A stretch of DNA of 64,000 nt from Eledone cirrhosa (taxonomy: Eukaryota), in contig OZ024741.1 of NCBI GenBank assembly GCA_964016885.1, forward strand, positions 248,186,001-248,250,000, in the 5' to 3' direction. Shown in pieces: positions 1 through 13,017 of this stretch (positions within the stretch are counted from its first letter, which is position 1; each line of letters opens with the position of its first letter). Under the pieces are notes generated by a model. That model ran no database searches, was not told the DNA's origin, and saw only the letters and a program-made list of their open reading frames with translations. Made by a program: the position numbers and the translations under genes.

Positions 1-22
1 CTCCGCCTGATTTTTTAAAAAA

Positions 23-236
23 AATTATCTCCCCTTGGACGGCTGGAAATTATCTCCCCTTGAATGGCTGGAAATTATCTCCCCTTGGACGGCTGGAAAT
101 TATCTCCCCTTGGACGGCTGGAAATTATCTCCCCTTGGACGGCTAGAAATTACCTCTCCTTGGACGGCTGGAAATTATCTCCCTTTGGACGGCTGGAAAT
201 TATCTCCCCTTGGACGGCTGGAAATTATTTCCCCTT
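23..236 (+). repeat. Example run of 8 type-A monomers (25 bp, AAATTATCTCCCCTTGGACGGCTGG)
   Basis: Read directly: exact 25-bp period with point variants (GAATGG, CTAG-AAATTACCTCTCC, CCCTTTGG). Confidence 0.97.
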
Positions 237-2387
237 GATTTTTTTTACAAATTATCTCCCCCTGATTTTTTTTACAAATCTCCCCCTAATTTAAAAAAAA
301 ATTATCTCCCCTTCGCTGGCTGGAAATTATCTCCCTTTGGACGGCTGGAAATTATAGCTGCTTGTAGGGCTGGAAATTATCTTCCCTTGGACGGCTGGAA
401 ATTATCTCCCCTTGATTTTTTTTACATATTATCTCCCCCTGATTTTTTTTTACGAATTATCTCCCCGATTTTTTTTACAAATTATCTTCCCCTGATTTTT
501 TTTTACAAATTATCTCCGCCTGATTTTTTTAAAAAAATTATCTCCCCTTGGACGGCTGGAAATTATCTCCCCTTGAATGGCTGGAAATTATCTCCCCTTG
601 GACGGCTGGAAATTATCTCCCCTTGAACGGCTGGAAATTATCTCCCCTTCGCTGGCTGGAAATTATCTCCCTTTGGACGGCTGGAAATTATAGCTGCTTG
701 TAGGGCTGGAAATTATCTCCCCTTGGACGGCTGGAAATTATCTCCCCTTGATTTGTTTTACTAATTATCTCCCCCTGATTCTTTTTTACAAATTATCTCC
801 GCCTGATTTTTTTTTTAAAATTATCTCCCCTTGGCTGGATGGAAATTTTCTCCCCTTGGACGGCTGGAAATTATCTCCCCTTTATGTCTTCTACAAATTA
901 TCTACCCCTGATTTTTTTTTTACAAATTATCTCTTCCTGATTTTTTTTACAAATATCTCCCCTTGGCTGGCTGGAAATTATCTCCCCTTGGCTGGCTAAA
1001 ATTATCTCCCCTTGGACGGCTGGAAATTATCTCCCCTTGGACGCCTAGAAATTACCTCTACTTGGACAGCTGTAAATTTTCTCCCCTTGGACGGCTGGAA
1101 ATTATCTCGCCTTGGACGGCTGGAAATTATCTCCCCTTGATTTTGTATACAAATTATCTCCCCCTGATTTTTTTTTACAAATTATCTGCCCCTGATTATT
1201 TTTTAACAAATTAGCTCCGCCTGATTTTTTTAAAAAATTATCTCCCCTTGAACGGCTAGAAATTACCTCTCCTTGGACGGCTGAAAATTATCTTCCCTTG
1301 GACGGCTGGAAATTATCTCCCCTTGATTTTTTAAAAATTATCTCCCTCTGATTTTTTTTACAAATTATCTCCCCCTGTTTTTTTTTACAAATTATTTCCC
1401 CCTGATTTTTTTACAAATTATCTCCGCCTGATTTTTTTAAATATTATCTTCCCTTGGCTGGCGGGAAATTATCTCCCCTTGGACGCCTGGAAATTATCTC
1501 CCCTTGGAAGGATAGAAATTATCTCCCCTTGGACGGCTGGAAATTATCTCCCCTTGCACTGCTGGAAATTATCTCCCTTTGGACGGCTGGAAATTATCTG
1601 CCCTTGATTTTGTTTTTACAAATTATCTTCCCCTGATTTTTTTTACAAATTATCTCCACCTGATTTTTTAAAAAATTATCTCTCCTTGGACGGCTGGAAA
1701 TTATCTCCCCTTGGCTGGAAATTATCTCCCCTTGGACGGCTAGAAATTATCTCCCCTTGGACGCTGGAAATTATAGCCCCTTGGAGGGCTGGAAATTATC
1801 TTCCCTTGGACGGCTGGAAATTATCTCCCCTTGCACTGCTGGAAATTATCTCCCCTTGCACGGCTGAAAATTATCTGCCCTTGATTTTGTTTTTACAAAT
1901 TATCTCCACCTGATTTTTTTTTAAATTATCTCCCCTTGGACGGCTAGAAATTATCTCTCTTTGGACGGCTGGAAATTATCTCCCCTTGATTTTTTTACAA
2001 ATTATCTCCCCCTGATTTTTTTTACAAATCTCCCAGTGATTTTTTAAAAAAAATTATCTCCCCTTCGCTGGCTGGAAATTATCTCCCCTTGGACGCTGGA
2101 AATTATAGCCCCTTGGAGGGCTGGAAGTTATCTTCCCTTGGAGGGCTGGAAATTATCTTCCCTTGGACGGCTGGAAATTATCTCCCCTTGATTTTTTTTT
2201 ACAAATTATCTCCCCGTGATTTTTTTTTACAAATTATCTCCCCCTGATTTTTTTTTTACAAATTATCTCCGCCTGATTTTTTTTTAAAATTATCTCCCCT
2301 TGGACGGCTGGAAATTATCTCCCCTTGGACGGCTGGAAATTATCTCCCCTTGGACGGCTAGAAATTACCTCTCCTTGGACGGCTGAA

Positions 2388-3913
2388 AATTATCTCCCCT
2401 TGGACGGCTGGAAATTATCTCCCCTTGATTTTTTTACAAATTATCTCCCCCTGATTTTTTTTTTACAAATTATCTCCCCCTGATTTTTTTTACAAATTAT
2501 CTACCTATGATTTTTTTTTACAAATTATCTTCCGCTGATTTTTTTTACAAATTATCTCCCCCTGATTTTTTTTTACAAATTATCTCCCCCTGATTTTTTT
2601 ACAAATTATCTCCCCCTGATTTTTTTTACAATTTATCTCCGCCTGATTTTTTTAAATATTATCTTCCCTTGGCTGGCGGGAAATTATCTCCCCTTGGACG
2701 GCTGGAAATTATCTCCCCTTGGAAGGATGGAAATTATCTCCCCTTGGACGGCTGGAAATTATCTCCCCTTGCACGGCTGGAAATTATCTCCCCTTGGACG
2801 GCTAGAAATTACCTCTCCTTGCACGGCTGAAATTTATCTCCCCTTGGACGGCTGGAAATTATCTCCCCCTGATTTTTCTACAAATTATCTCCGTCTGATT
2901 TTTTTAAAAATTATCTTCCCTTGGCTGGCGGGAAATTATCTCCCCTTGGACGGCTGGAAATTATCTGCCCTTGATTTTGTTTTTACAAATTATCTCCCCC
3001 TGATTTTTTTACAAATTATCTCCACCTGATATTTTAAAAAATTATCTCCCCTTGGACGGCTGGAAATTATCTCCCCTTGGACGGCTGGAAATTATCTCCC
3101 CTTGGACGGCTAGAAATTATCTCTCTTTGGACGGCTGGAAATTATCTCCCCTTGGACGGCTGGAAATTATCTCCCCTTGATTTTTTTACAAATTATCTCC
3201 CCCTGATTTTTTTTTTACAAATTATCTCCCCCTGATTTTTTTTACAAATTATCTACCCCTGATTTTTTTTTACAAATTATCTTCCGCTGATTTTTTTACA
3301 AATTATCTCCCCCTGATTTTTTTTTACAAATTATCTCCCCCTGATTTTTTTACAAATTATCTCCCCCTGATTTTTTTTACAATTTATCTCCGCCTGATTT
3401 TTTTAAATATTATCTTCCCTTGGCTGGCGGGAAATTATCTCCCCTTGGACGGCTGGAAATTATCTCCCCTTGGAAGGATGGAAATTATCTCCCCTTGGAC
3501 GGCTGGAAATTATCTCCCCTTGCACGGCTGGAAATTATCTCCCCTTGGACGGCTAGAAATTACCTATCCTTGCACGGCTGAAATTTATCTCCCCTTGGAC
3601 GGCTGGAAATTATCTCCCCCTGATTTTTCTACAAATTATCTCCGTCTGATTTTTTTTAAAATTATCTTCCCTTGGCTGGCGGGAAATTATCTCCCCTTGG
3701 ACGGCTGGAAATTATCTGCCCTTTATTTTGTTTTTACAAATTATCTCCCCCTGATTTTTTTACAAATTATCTCCACCTGATATTTTAAAAAATTATCTCC
3801 CCTTGGACGGCTGGAAATTATCTCCCCTTGGACGGCTGGAAATTATCTCCCCTTGGACGGCTAGAAATTATCTCTCTTTGGACGGCTGGAAATTATCTCC
3901 CCTTGGACGGCTG
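2388..3913 (+). repeat. 751-bp tandem duplication (repeated as a 753-bp pair at ~13018-14545 and ~16318-17845)
   Basis: ORF pairs 2694/3445, 13325/14078 and 16625/17378. Shared rare variants CTTCCGCTG, CCGTCTG and TGATATTTTA. Confidence 0.9.
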
Positions 3914-3914
3914 C

Positions 3915-4185
3915 AAATTATCTCCCCTTGATTTTTTTTTACAAATTATCTCCCCCTGATTTTTTTTACAAATTATCTCCCCGTGATTTTTTTTTACAAA
4001 TTATCTCCCCCTGATTTTTTTACAAATTATCTCCCCCTGATTTTTGTTTACAAATTATCTCCCCCTGATTTTTTTTACAAATTATCTCCCCCTGATTTTT
4101 TTTTACAAATTATCTCCCCCTGATTTTTTTACAAATTATCTCCCCCTGATTTTTTTTACAATCTCCGCCTGATTTTTTTAAAAAT
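3915..4185 (+). repeat. Example run of ~10 type-B monomers (AAATTATCTCCCCCTGAT(n)AC), closed by a CCGCCTGA-T7A5 unit
   Basis: Read directly. The T-tract length varies from unit to unit. Confidence 0.95.
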
Positions 4186-7100
4186 TATCTTCCCTTGGCT
4201 GGCGGGAAATTATCTCCCCTTGGACGGCTGGAAATTATCTTCCCTTGCACGGCTGGAAATTATCTCCCCTTGGACAGCTGGAAATTATCGGCCCTTGATT
4301 TTGTTTTTACAAATTATCTCCCCCTGATTTTATTTTACAAATTATCGCCACCTGATTTTTTAAAAAATTATCTCCCCTTGGACGGCTGGAAATTATCTCC
4401 CCTTGGCTGGAAATTATCTTCCCTTGGACGGCTGGAAATTATCTCCCCTTGATTTTTTTTACAAATTATCTCCCCCTGATTTTTTTTACAAATTATCTGC
4501 CCCTGATTTTTTTTTACAAATTATCTCCGCCTGATTTTCTTTTTAAATTATCTCTCTTTTGACGGCTGGAAATTATCTCCCCTTGATTTTTTTTTACAAA
4601 TTATCTCCCCCTGATTTTTTTTTACAAATTATCTACCCCTGATTTTTTTTTACAAATTATCTCCCCCTGATTTTTTTTAGAAATTATCTCCCCCTGATTT
4701 TTTTTTTACAAATTATCTCCCCCTGATTTTTTTACAAATTATCTCCCCCTGATTTTTTTTTCAAATTATCTCCGCCTGATTTTTTTAAATATTAGCTTCC
4801 CTTGGCTGGCGGGAAATTATCTCCCCTTTGACGGCTGGAAATTATCTCCCCTTGCACTGCTGGAAATTATCTCCCCTTGGACGGCTGGAAATTATCTGGC
4901 CTTGATTTTGTTTTTACAAATTATCTTCCCCTGATTTTTTTTACAAATTATCTCCACCTGATTTTTTAAAAATTATCTCCCCTTGGACGGCTGGAAATTA
5001 TCTCCCCTTGGCTGGAAATTATCTCCCCTTGGACGGCTAGAAATTATCTCTCTTTGGACGGCTGGAAATTATCTCCCCTTGATTTTTTTTACAAATTATC
5101 TCCCCCTGATTTTTTTTTACAAATTATCTCCCCCTGATTTTTTAAAAAAAATTATCTCCCCTTGGACGGCTGGAAATTATCTCCCCTTGGACGGCTGGAA
5201 ATTATCTCTCCTTGGACGGCTAGAAATTACCTCTCCTTGGACGGCTGAAAATTATCTCCCCTTCGACGGCTGGAAATTATCTCCCCTTGATTTTTTTTAC
5301 AAATTATCTACCCCTGATTTTTTTTTACAAATTATCTCCCCCTGATTTTTTTTACAAATCATCTCCCCCTGATTTTTTTTACAAATTATCTCCCCCTGAT
5401 TTTTTTTACAAATTATATCCCCTTGGCTGGCTGGAAATTATCTCCCCTTGGAGGCTGGAATTTATCTCCCCTTTGACGGCTAGAAATTACCTCTCCTTGG
5501 ACGGCTGGAAATTATGTCTCCTTGGACGGCTGGAAATTATCTCCCCTTGGACGGCTGGAAATTATCTCCCCTTGCACGGCTGGAAATTATCTCCCCTTGG
5601 ACGGCTGGAAATTATCTCCCCTTGGCTGGAAATTATCTCCCCTTGGACGGCTAGAAATTATCTCTCTTTGGACGGCTGGAAATTATCTCCCCTTGATTTT
5701 TTTTACAAATTATCTCCCCCTGATTTTTTTTACAAATCTCCCAGTGATTTTTTAAAAAAATTATCTCCCCTTCGCTGGCTGGAAATTATCTCCCCTTGGA
5801 CGCTGGAAATTATAGCCCCTTGGAGGGCTGGAAGTTATCTTCCCTTGGAGGGCTGGAAATTATCTTCCCTTGGACGGCTGGAAATTATCTCCCCTTGATT
5901 TTTTTTACAAATTATCTCCCCCTGATTTTTTTTACAAATTATCTCCCCCTGATTTATTTTTTACAAATTATCTCCGCCTGATTTTTTTTTTAAATTATCT
6001 CCCCTTGGACGGCTGGAAATTATCTCCCCTTGGACGGCTGGAAATTATATCCCCTTGGACGGCTAGAAATTACCTCTCCTTGGACGGCTGAAAATTATCT
6101 CCCCTTGGACGGCTGAAAATTATCTCCCCTTGATTTTTTTTACAAATTATCTCCCCCTGATTTTTTTTTACAAATTATCTCCCCCTGATTTTTTTTTACA
6201 AATTATCTCCCCCTGATTTTTTTACAAATTATCTCCCCTTGGCTGGCTGGAAATTATCTCCCCTTGGAGGCTGGAATTTATCTCCCCTTGGAGGGCTGGA
6301 AATTATCTCCCCTTGGACGGCTAGAAATTACCTCTCCTTGGACGGCTGGAAATTATCTCCCCTTGAACGGCTGGAAATTATCTCCCCTTGGACGGCTAGA
6401 AATTATCTCTCTTTGGACGGCTGGAAATTATCTCCCCTTGCACGGCTGGAAATTATCTCCCCTTGGACGGCTGGAAATTATCTCCCCCTGATTTTTCTAC
6501 AAATTATCACCGTCTGATTTTTTTTAAAATTATCTTCCCTTGGCTGGCGGGAAATTATCTCCCCTTGGACGGCTGGAAATTATCTGCCCTTGATTTTGTT
6601 TTTACAAATTATCTCCCCCTGATTTTTTTACAAATTATCTCCACCTGATATTTTAAAAAATTATCTCCCCTTGGACGGCTGGAAATTATCTCCCCTTGGA
6701 CGTCTAGAAATTATCTCTCTTTGGACGGCTGGAAATTATCTCCCCTTGGACGGCTGCAAATTATCTCCCCTTGATTTTTTTTACAAATTATCTCCCCCTG
6801 ATTTTTTTTTACAAATTATCTCCCCCTGATTTTTTTTTACAAATTATCTACTCCTGATTTTTTTACAAATTATCTCCCCCTGATTTTTTTTACAAATTAT
6901 CTCCCTCTGATTTTTTTTACAAATTATCTCCCCCTGATTTTTTTTTACAAATTATCTCCTGATTTTTTTACAAATTATCTCCACCTGATTTTTTTTACAA
7001 TCTCCGCCTGATTTTTTTAAAAATTATCTTCCCTTGGCTGGCGGGAAATTATCTCCCCTTGGACGGCTGGAAATTATCTCCCCTTGGACGGCTGGAAATT

Positions 7101-7659
7101 ATCTCTCCTTGGACGGCTAGAAATTACCTCTCCTTGGACGGCTGAAAATTATCTCCCCTTCGACGTCTGGAAATTATCTCCCCTTGATTTTTTTTACAAA
7201 TTATCTACCCCTGATTTTTTTTACAAATTATCTCCCCCTGATTTTTTTTACAAATTATATCCCCTTGGCTGGCTGGAAATAATCTCCCCTTGGAGGCTGG
7301 AATTTATCTCCCCTTTGACGGCTAGAAATTACCTCTCCTTGGACGGCTGGAAATTATGTCTCCTTGGACGGCTGGAAATTATCTCCCCTTGGACGGCTGG
7401 AAATTATCTCCCCTTGGACGGCTGGAAATTATCTCCCCTTGGACGGCTAGATATTACCTCTCCTTGGACGGCTGGAAATTATCTGCCCTTGGACGGCTGG
7501 AAATTATCTCCCCTTGGACGGCTGGAAATTAGTTCCCCTTGATGTTTTTTACAAATTATCTCCCCCTGATTTTTTTTTACAAATCTCCACCTAATTAAAA
7601 AAAAAATTATCTCCCCTTCGCTGGCTGGAAATTATCTTCCTTTGGACGGCTGGAAATTA

Positions 7660-8620
7660 TAGCCGCTTGTAGGGCTGGAAATTATCTCCCCTTGGACGGC
7701 TGGAAATTATCTCCCCTTGATTTTTTTTACTAATTATCTCCCCCTGATTTTTTTTCACAAATTATCTCCGCCTGATTTTTTTTTAAAAATTATCTCCCCT
7801 TGGCTGGATGGAAATTTTCTCCCCTTGGACGGCTGGAAATTATCTCCCCTTTATGTCTTCTACAAATTATCTACCCCTGATTTTTTTTTTACAAATTATC
7901 TCTTCCTGATTTTGTTTACAAATATCTCCCCTTGGCTGGCTGGAAATTATCTCCCCTTGGCTGGCTGAAATTATCTCCCCTTGGACGGCTGGAAATTATC
8001 TCCCCTTGGACGCCTAGAAATTACCTCTACTTGGAAGCTGTAAATTATCTCCCCTTGGACGGCTGGAAATTATCTCGCCTTGGACGGCTGGAAATTATCT
8101 CCCCTTGATTTTGTATACAAATTATCTCCCCCTGATTTTTTTTTACAAATTATCTGCCCCTGATTATTTTTTAACAAATTAGCTCCGCCTGATTTTTTTT
8201 AAAAAATTATCTCCCCTTGAACGGCTAGAAATTACCTCTCCTTGGACGGCTGAAAATTATCTTCCCTTGGACGGCTGGAAATTATCTCCCCTTGATTTTT
8301 TAAAAATTATCTCCCTCTGATTTTTTTTACAAATTATCTCCCCCTGTTTTTTTTTACAAATTATTTCCCCCTGATTTTTTTACAAATTATCTCCGCCTGA
8401 TTTTTTTAAATATTATCTTCCCTTGTCTGGCGGGAAATTATCTCCCCTTGGACGCCTGGAAATTATCTCCCCTTGGAAGGATGGAAATTATCTCCCGTTG
8501 GACGGCTGGAAATTATCTCCCCTTGCACTGCTGGAAATTATCTCCCTTTGGACGGCTGGAAATTATCTGCCCTTGATTTTGTTTTTACAAATTATCTTCC
8601 CCTGATTTTTTTTACAAATT
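7660..8620 (+). repeat. Dispersed ~1-kb copy of ~690-1650 (offset 6,969); more diverged relatives at ~36730, ~48890 and ~58670
   Basis: ORF pairs 748/7717 and 1454/8423. Shared markers TTTATGTCTTCTAC, GACGCCTAG...CTCTACTTGG and TTTTGTATAC. Confidence 0.85.
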
Positions 8621-11600
8621 ATCTCCCCCTGATTTTTTCTTACATATTATCTGCGCCTGATTTTTTTTTTACAAATTAGCTCCGCCTGATTTTTTAAAAA
8701 ATTATCTCCCCTTGGACGGCTGGAAATTATCTCCCCTTGGACGGCTGGAAATTATCTCCCCTTGGACGGCTACAAATTATCTCTCTTTGGACGACTGGAA
8801 ATTAACTCCCCTTGGACGGCTGCAAATTATCTCCCCTTGATTTTTTTTACAATCTCCGCTTGATTTTTTTAAAAATTATCTTGCCTTGGCTGGCGGGAAA
8901 TTATCTCCCCTTGGACGGCTGGAAATTATCTTCCCTTGCACGGCTGGAAATTATCTCCCCTTGGACAGCTGGAAATTATCTGCCCTTGATTTTGTTTTTA
9001 CAAATTATCTCCCCCTGATTTTTTTTACAAATTATCTCCCCCTGATTTTTTTAAAAAAATTATCTCCCCTTCGCTGGCTGGAAATTATCTCCCCTTGGAC
9101 ACTGGAAATTATAGCCCCTTGGAGGGCTGGAAATTATCTTCCCTTGGACGGCTGGAAATTATCTCCCCTTGATTTTTTTACAAATTATCTCCCCCTGATT
9201 TTTTTTACAAATTATCTGCCCCTGATTTTTTTTTACAAATTATCTACCCCTGATTTTTTTTTACAAATTATCTACCCCTGATTTTTTTTTACAAATTATC
9301 TCCCCCTGATTTTTTTACAAATTATCTCCCCCTGATTTTTTTTTTACAAATTATCTCCCCCTGATTTTTTTACAAATTATCTCCCCCTGATTTTTTTTTC
9401 AAATTATCTCCGCCTGATTTTTTTAAATATTATCTTCCCTTGGCTGGCGGGAAATTATCTCTCCTTGGACGGCTGGAAATTATCTCCCCTTGGAAGGATG
9501 GAAATTATCTCCCCTTGGACGGCTGGAAATTATCTCCCCTTGCACTGCTGGAAATTATCTCCCCTTGGACGGCTGGAAATTATCTCCCCTTGGCTGGAAA
9601 TTATCTCCCCTTGGACGGCTAGAAATTATCTCTCTTTGGACGGCTGGAAATTATCTCCCCTTGATTTTTTTACAAATTATCTCCCCCTGATTTTTTTTAC
9701 AAATCTCCCAGTGATTTTTTTAAAAAAATTATCTCCCCTTCGCTGGCTGGAAATTATCTCCCCTTGGACGCTGGAAATTATAGCCCCTTGGAGGGCTGGA
9801 AATTATCTTCCCTTGGACGGCTGGAAATTATCTCCCCTTGATTTTTTTTACAAATTATCTCCCCCTGATTTTTTTTTACAAATTACCTCCCCCTGATTTT
9901 TTTTTACAAATTATCTCCCCCTGATTTTTTTTACAACTTATCTCCGCCTGATTTTTTTAAAAAAATTATATCCCCTTGGACGGCTGGAAATTATCTCCCC
10001 TTGGACGGCTGGAAATTATCTCTCCTTGGACGGCTAGAAATTACCTCTTCTTGGACGGCTGAAAATTATCTCCCCTTGGACGGCTGGAAATTATCTCCCC
10101 TTGATTTTTTTTACAAATTATCTCCCCCTGATTTTTTTTTACAAATTATCTCCCCCTGATTTTTTTTACAGATTATATCCCCTTGGCTGGCTGGAAATTA
10201 TCTCCCCTTGGAGGCTGGAATTTATCTCCCCTTGGACGGCTAGAAATTACCTCTCCTTGGACGGCTGGAAATTATGTCTCCTTGGACGGCTGGAAATTAT
10301 CTCCCCTTGGACGGCTGGAAATTATCTCCCCTTGGACGGCTGGAAATTATCTCCCCTTGGACGGCTAGATATTACCTCTCCTTGGACGGCTGGAAATTAT
10401 CTTCCCTTCGGACGGCTGGAAATTATCTCCCCTTGGACGGCTGGAAATTATCTCCCCTTGGACGGCTGGAAATTATTTCCCCTTGATTTTTTTTACAAAT
10501 TATCTCCCCCTGATTTTTTTTTACGAATTATCACCCCGATTTTTTTTTACAAATTATCTCCCCCTGATTTTTTTTTACAAATTATCTCCGCCTGATTTTT
10601 TTAAAAAAATGATCTCCCCTTGGACGGCTGGAAATTATCTCCCCTTGAATGGCTGGAAATTATCTCCCCTTGGACGGCTGGAAATTATCTCCCCTTGGAC
10701 GGCTGGAAATTATCTCCCCTTGGACGGCTAGAAATTACCTCTCCTTGGACGGCTGGAAATTATCTCCCCTTGGACGGCTGGAAATTATCTCCCCTTGGAC
10801 GGCTGGAAATTATTTCCCCTTGATTTTTTTTACAAATTATCTCCCCCTGATTTTTTTTACAAATCTCCCCCTAATTTAAAAAAAAATTATCTCCCCTTCG
10901 CTGGCTGGAAATTATCTCCCTTTGGACGGCTGGAAATTATAGCTGCTTGTAGGGCTGGAAATTATCTTCCCTTGGACGGCTGGAAATTATCTCCCCTTGA
11001 TTTTTTTTACATATTATCTCCCCCTGATTTTTTTTTACGAATTATCTCCCCGATTTTTTTTACAAATTATCTTCCCCTGATTTTTTTTTACAAATTATCT
11101 CCGCCTGATTTTTTTAAAAAAATTATCTCCCCTTGGACGGCTGGAAATTATCTCCCCTTGAATGGCTGGAAATTATCTCCCCTTGGACGGCTGGAAATTA
11201 TCTCCCCTTGAACGGCTGGAAATTATCTCCCCTTCGCTGGCTGGAAATTATCTCCCTTTGGACGGCTGGAAATTATAGCTGCTTGTAGGGCTGGAAATTA
11301 TCTCCCCTTGGACGGCTGGAAATTATCTCCCCTTGATTTGTTTTACTAATTATCTCCCCCTGATTCTTTTTTACAAATTATCTCCGCCTGATTTTTTTTT
11401 TAAAATTATCTCCCCTTGGCTGGATGGAAATTTTCTCCCCTTGGACGGCTGGAAATTATCTCCCCTTTATGTCTTCTACAAATTATCTACCCCTGATTTT
11501 TTTTTTACAAATTATCTCTTCCTGATTTTTTTTACAAATATCTCCCCTTGGCTGGCTGGAAATTATCTCCCCTTGGCTGGCTAAAATTATCTCCCCTTGG

Positions 11601-13017
11601 ACGGCTGGAAATTATCTCCCCTTGGACGCCTAGAAATTACCTCTACTTGGACAGCTGTAAATTTTCTCCCCTTGGACGGCTGGAAATTATCTCGCCTTGG
11701 ACGGCTGGAAATTATCTCCCCTTGATTTTGTATACAAATTATCTCCCCCTGATTTTTTTTTACAAATTATCTGCCCCTGATTATTTTTTAACAAATTAGC
11801 TCCGCCTGATTTTTTTAAAAAATTATCTCCCCTTGAACGGCTAGAAATTACCTCTCCTTGGACGGCTGAAAATTATCTTCCCTTGGACGGCTGGAAATTA
11901 TCTCCCCTTGATTTTTTAAAAATTATCTCCCTCTGATTTTTTTTACAAATTATCTCCCCCTGTTTTTTTTTACAAATTATTTCCCCCTGATTTTTTTACA
12001 AATTATCTCCGCCTGATTTTTTTAAATATTATCTTCCCTTGGCTGGCGGGAAATTATCTCCCCTTGGACGCCTGGAAATTATCTCCCCTTGGAAGGATGG
12101 AAATTATCTCCCCTTGGACGGCTGGAAATTATCTCCCCTTGCACTGCTGGAAATTATCTCCCTTTGGACGGCTGGAAATTATCTGCCCTTGATTTTGTTT
12201 TTACAAATTATCTTCCCCTGATTTTTTTTACAAATTATCTCCACCTGATTTTTTAAAAAATTATCTCTCCTTGGACGGCTGGAAATTATCTCCCCTAGGC
12301 TGGAAATTATCTCCCCTTGGACGGCTAGAAATTATCTCCCCTTGGACGCTGGAAATTATAGCCCCTTGGAGGGCTGGAAATAATCTTCCCTTGGACGGCT
12401 GGAAATTATCTCCCCTTGCACTGCTGGAAATTATCTCCCCTTGCACGGCTGAAAATTATCTGCCCTTGATTTTGTTTTTACAAATTATCTCCACCTGATT
12501 TTTTTAAAAATTATCTCCCCTTGGACGGCTGGAAATTATCTCCCCTTGGCTGGAAATTATCTCCCCTTGGACGGCTAGAAATTATCTCTCTTTGGACGGC
12601 TGGAAATTATCTCCCCTTGATTTTTTTACAAATTATCTCCCCCTGATTTTTTTTACAAATCTCCCAGTGATTTTTAAAAAAAAATTAGCTCCCCTTCGCT
12701 GGCTGGAAATTATCTCCCCTTGGACGCTGGAAATTATAGCCCCTTGGAGGGCTGGAAGTTATCTTCCCTTGGAGGGCTGGAAATTATCTTCCCTTGGACG
12801 GCTGGAAATTATCTCCCCTTGATTTTTTTTTACAAATTATCTCCCCGTGATTTTTTTTTACAAATTATCTCCCCCTGATTTTTTTTTTACAAATTATCTC
12901 CGCCTGATTTTTTTTAAAAATTATCTCCCCTTGGACGGCTGGAAATTATCTCCCCTTGGACGGCTGGAAATTATCTCCCCTTGGACGGCTAGAAATTACC
13001 TCTCCTTGGACGGCTGA

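Noticed and set aside
516-545. T-rich tracts and T(n)A(m) hairpins as intrinsic terminators or poly(A) signals
   Set aside because: There is no GC-rich stem before the T tracts and no transcription unit. They are part of the B monomer.
12261-12446. The single minus-strand ORF (61 aa)
   Set aside because: It arises because point and length variants skip the TAA present in each minus-strand core (GATAATTT). It is not a gene.
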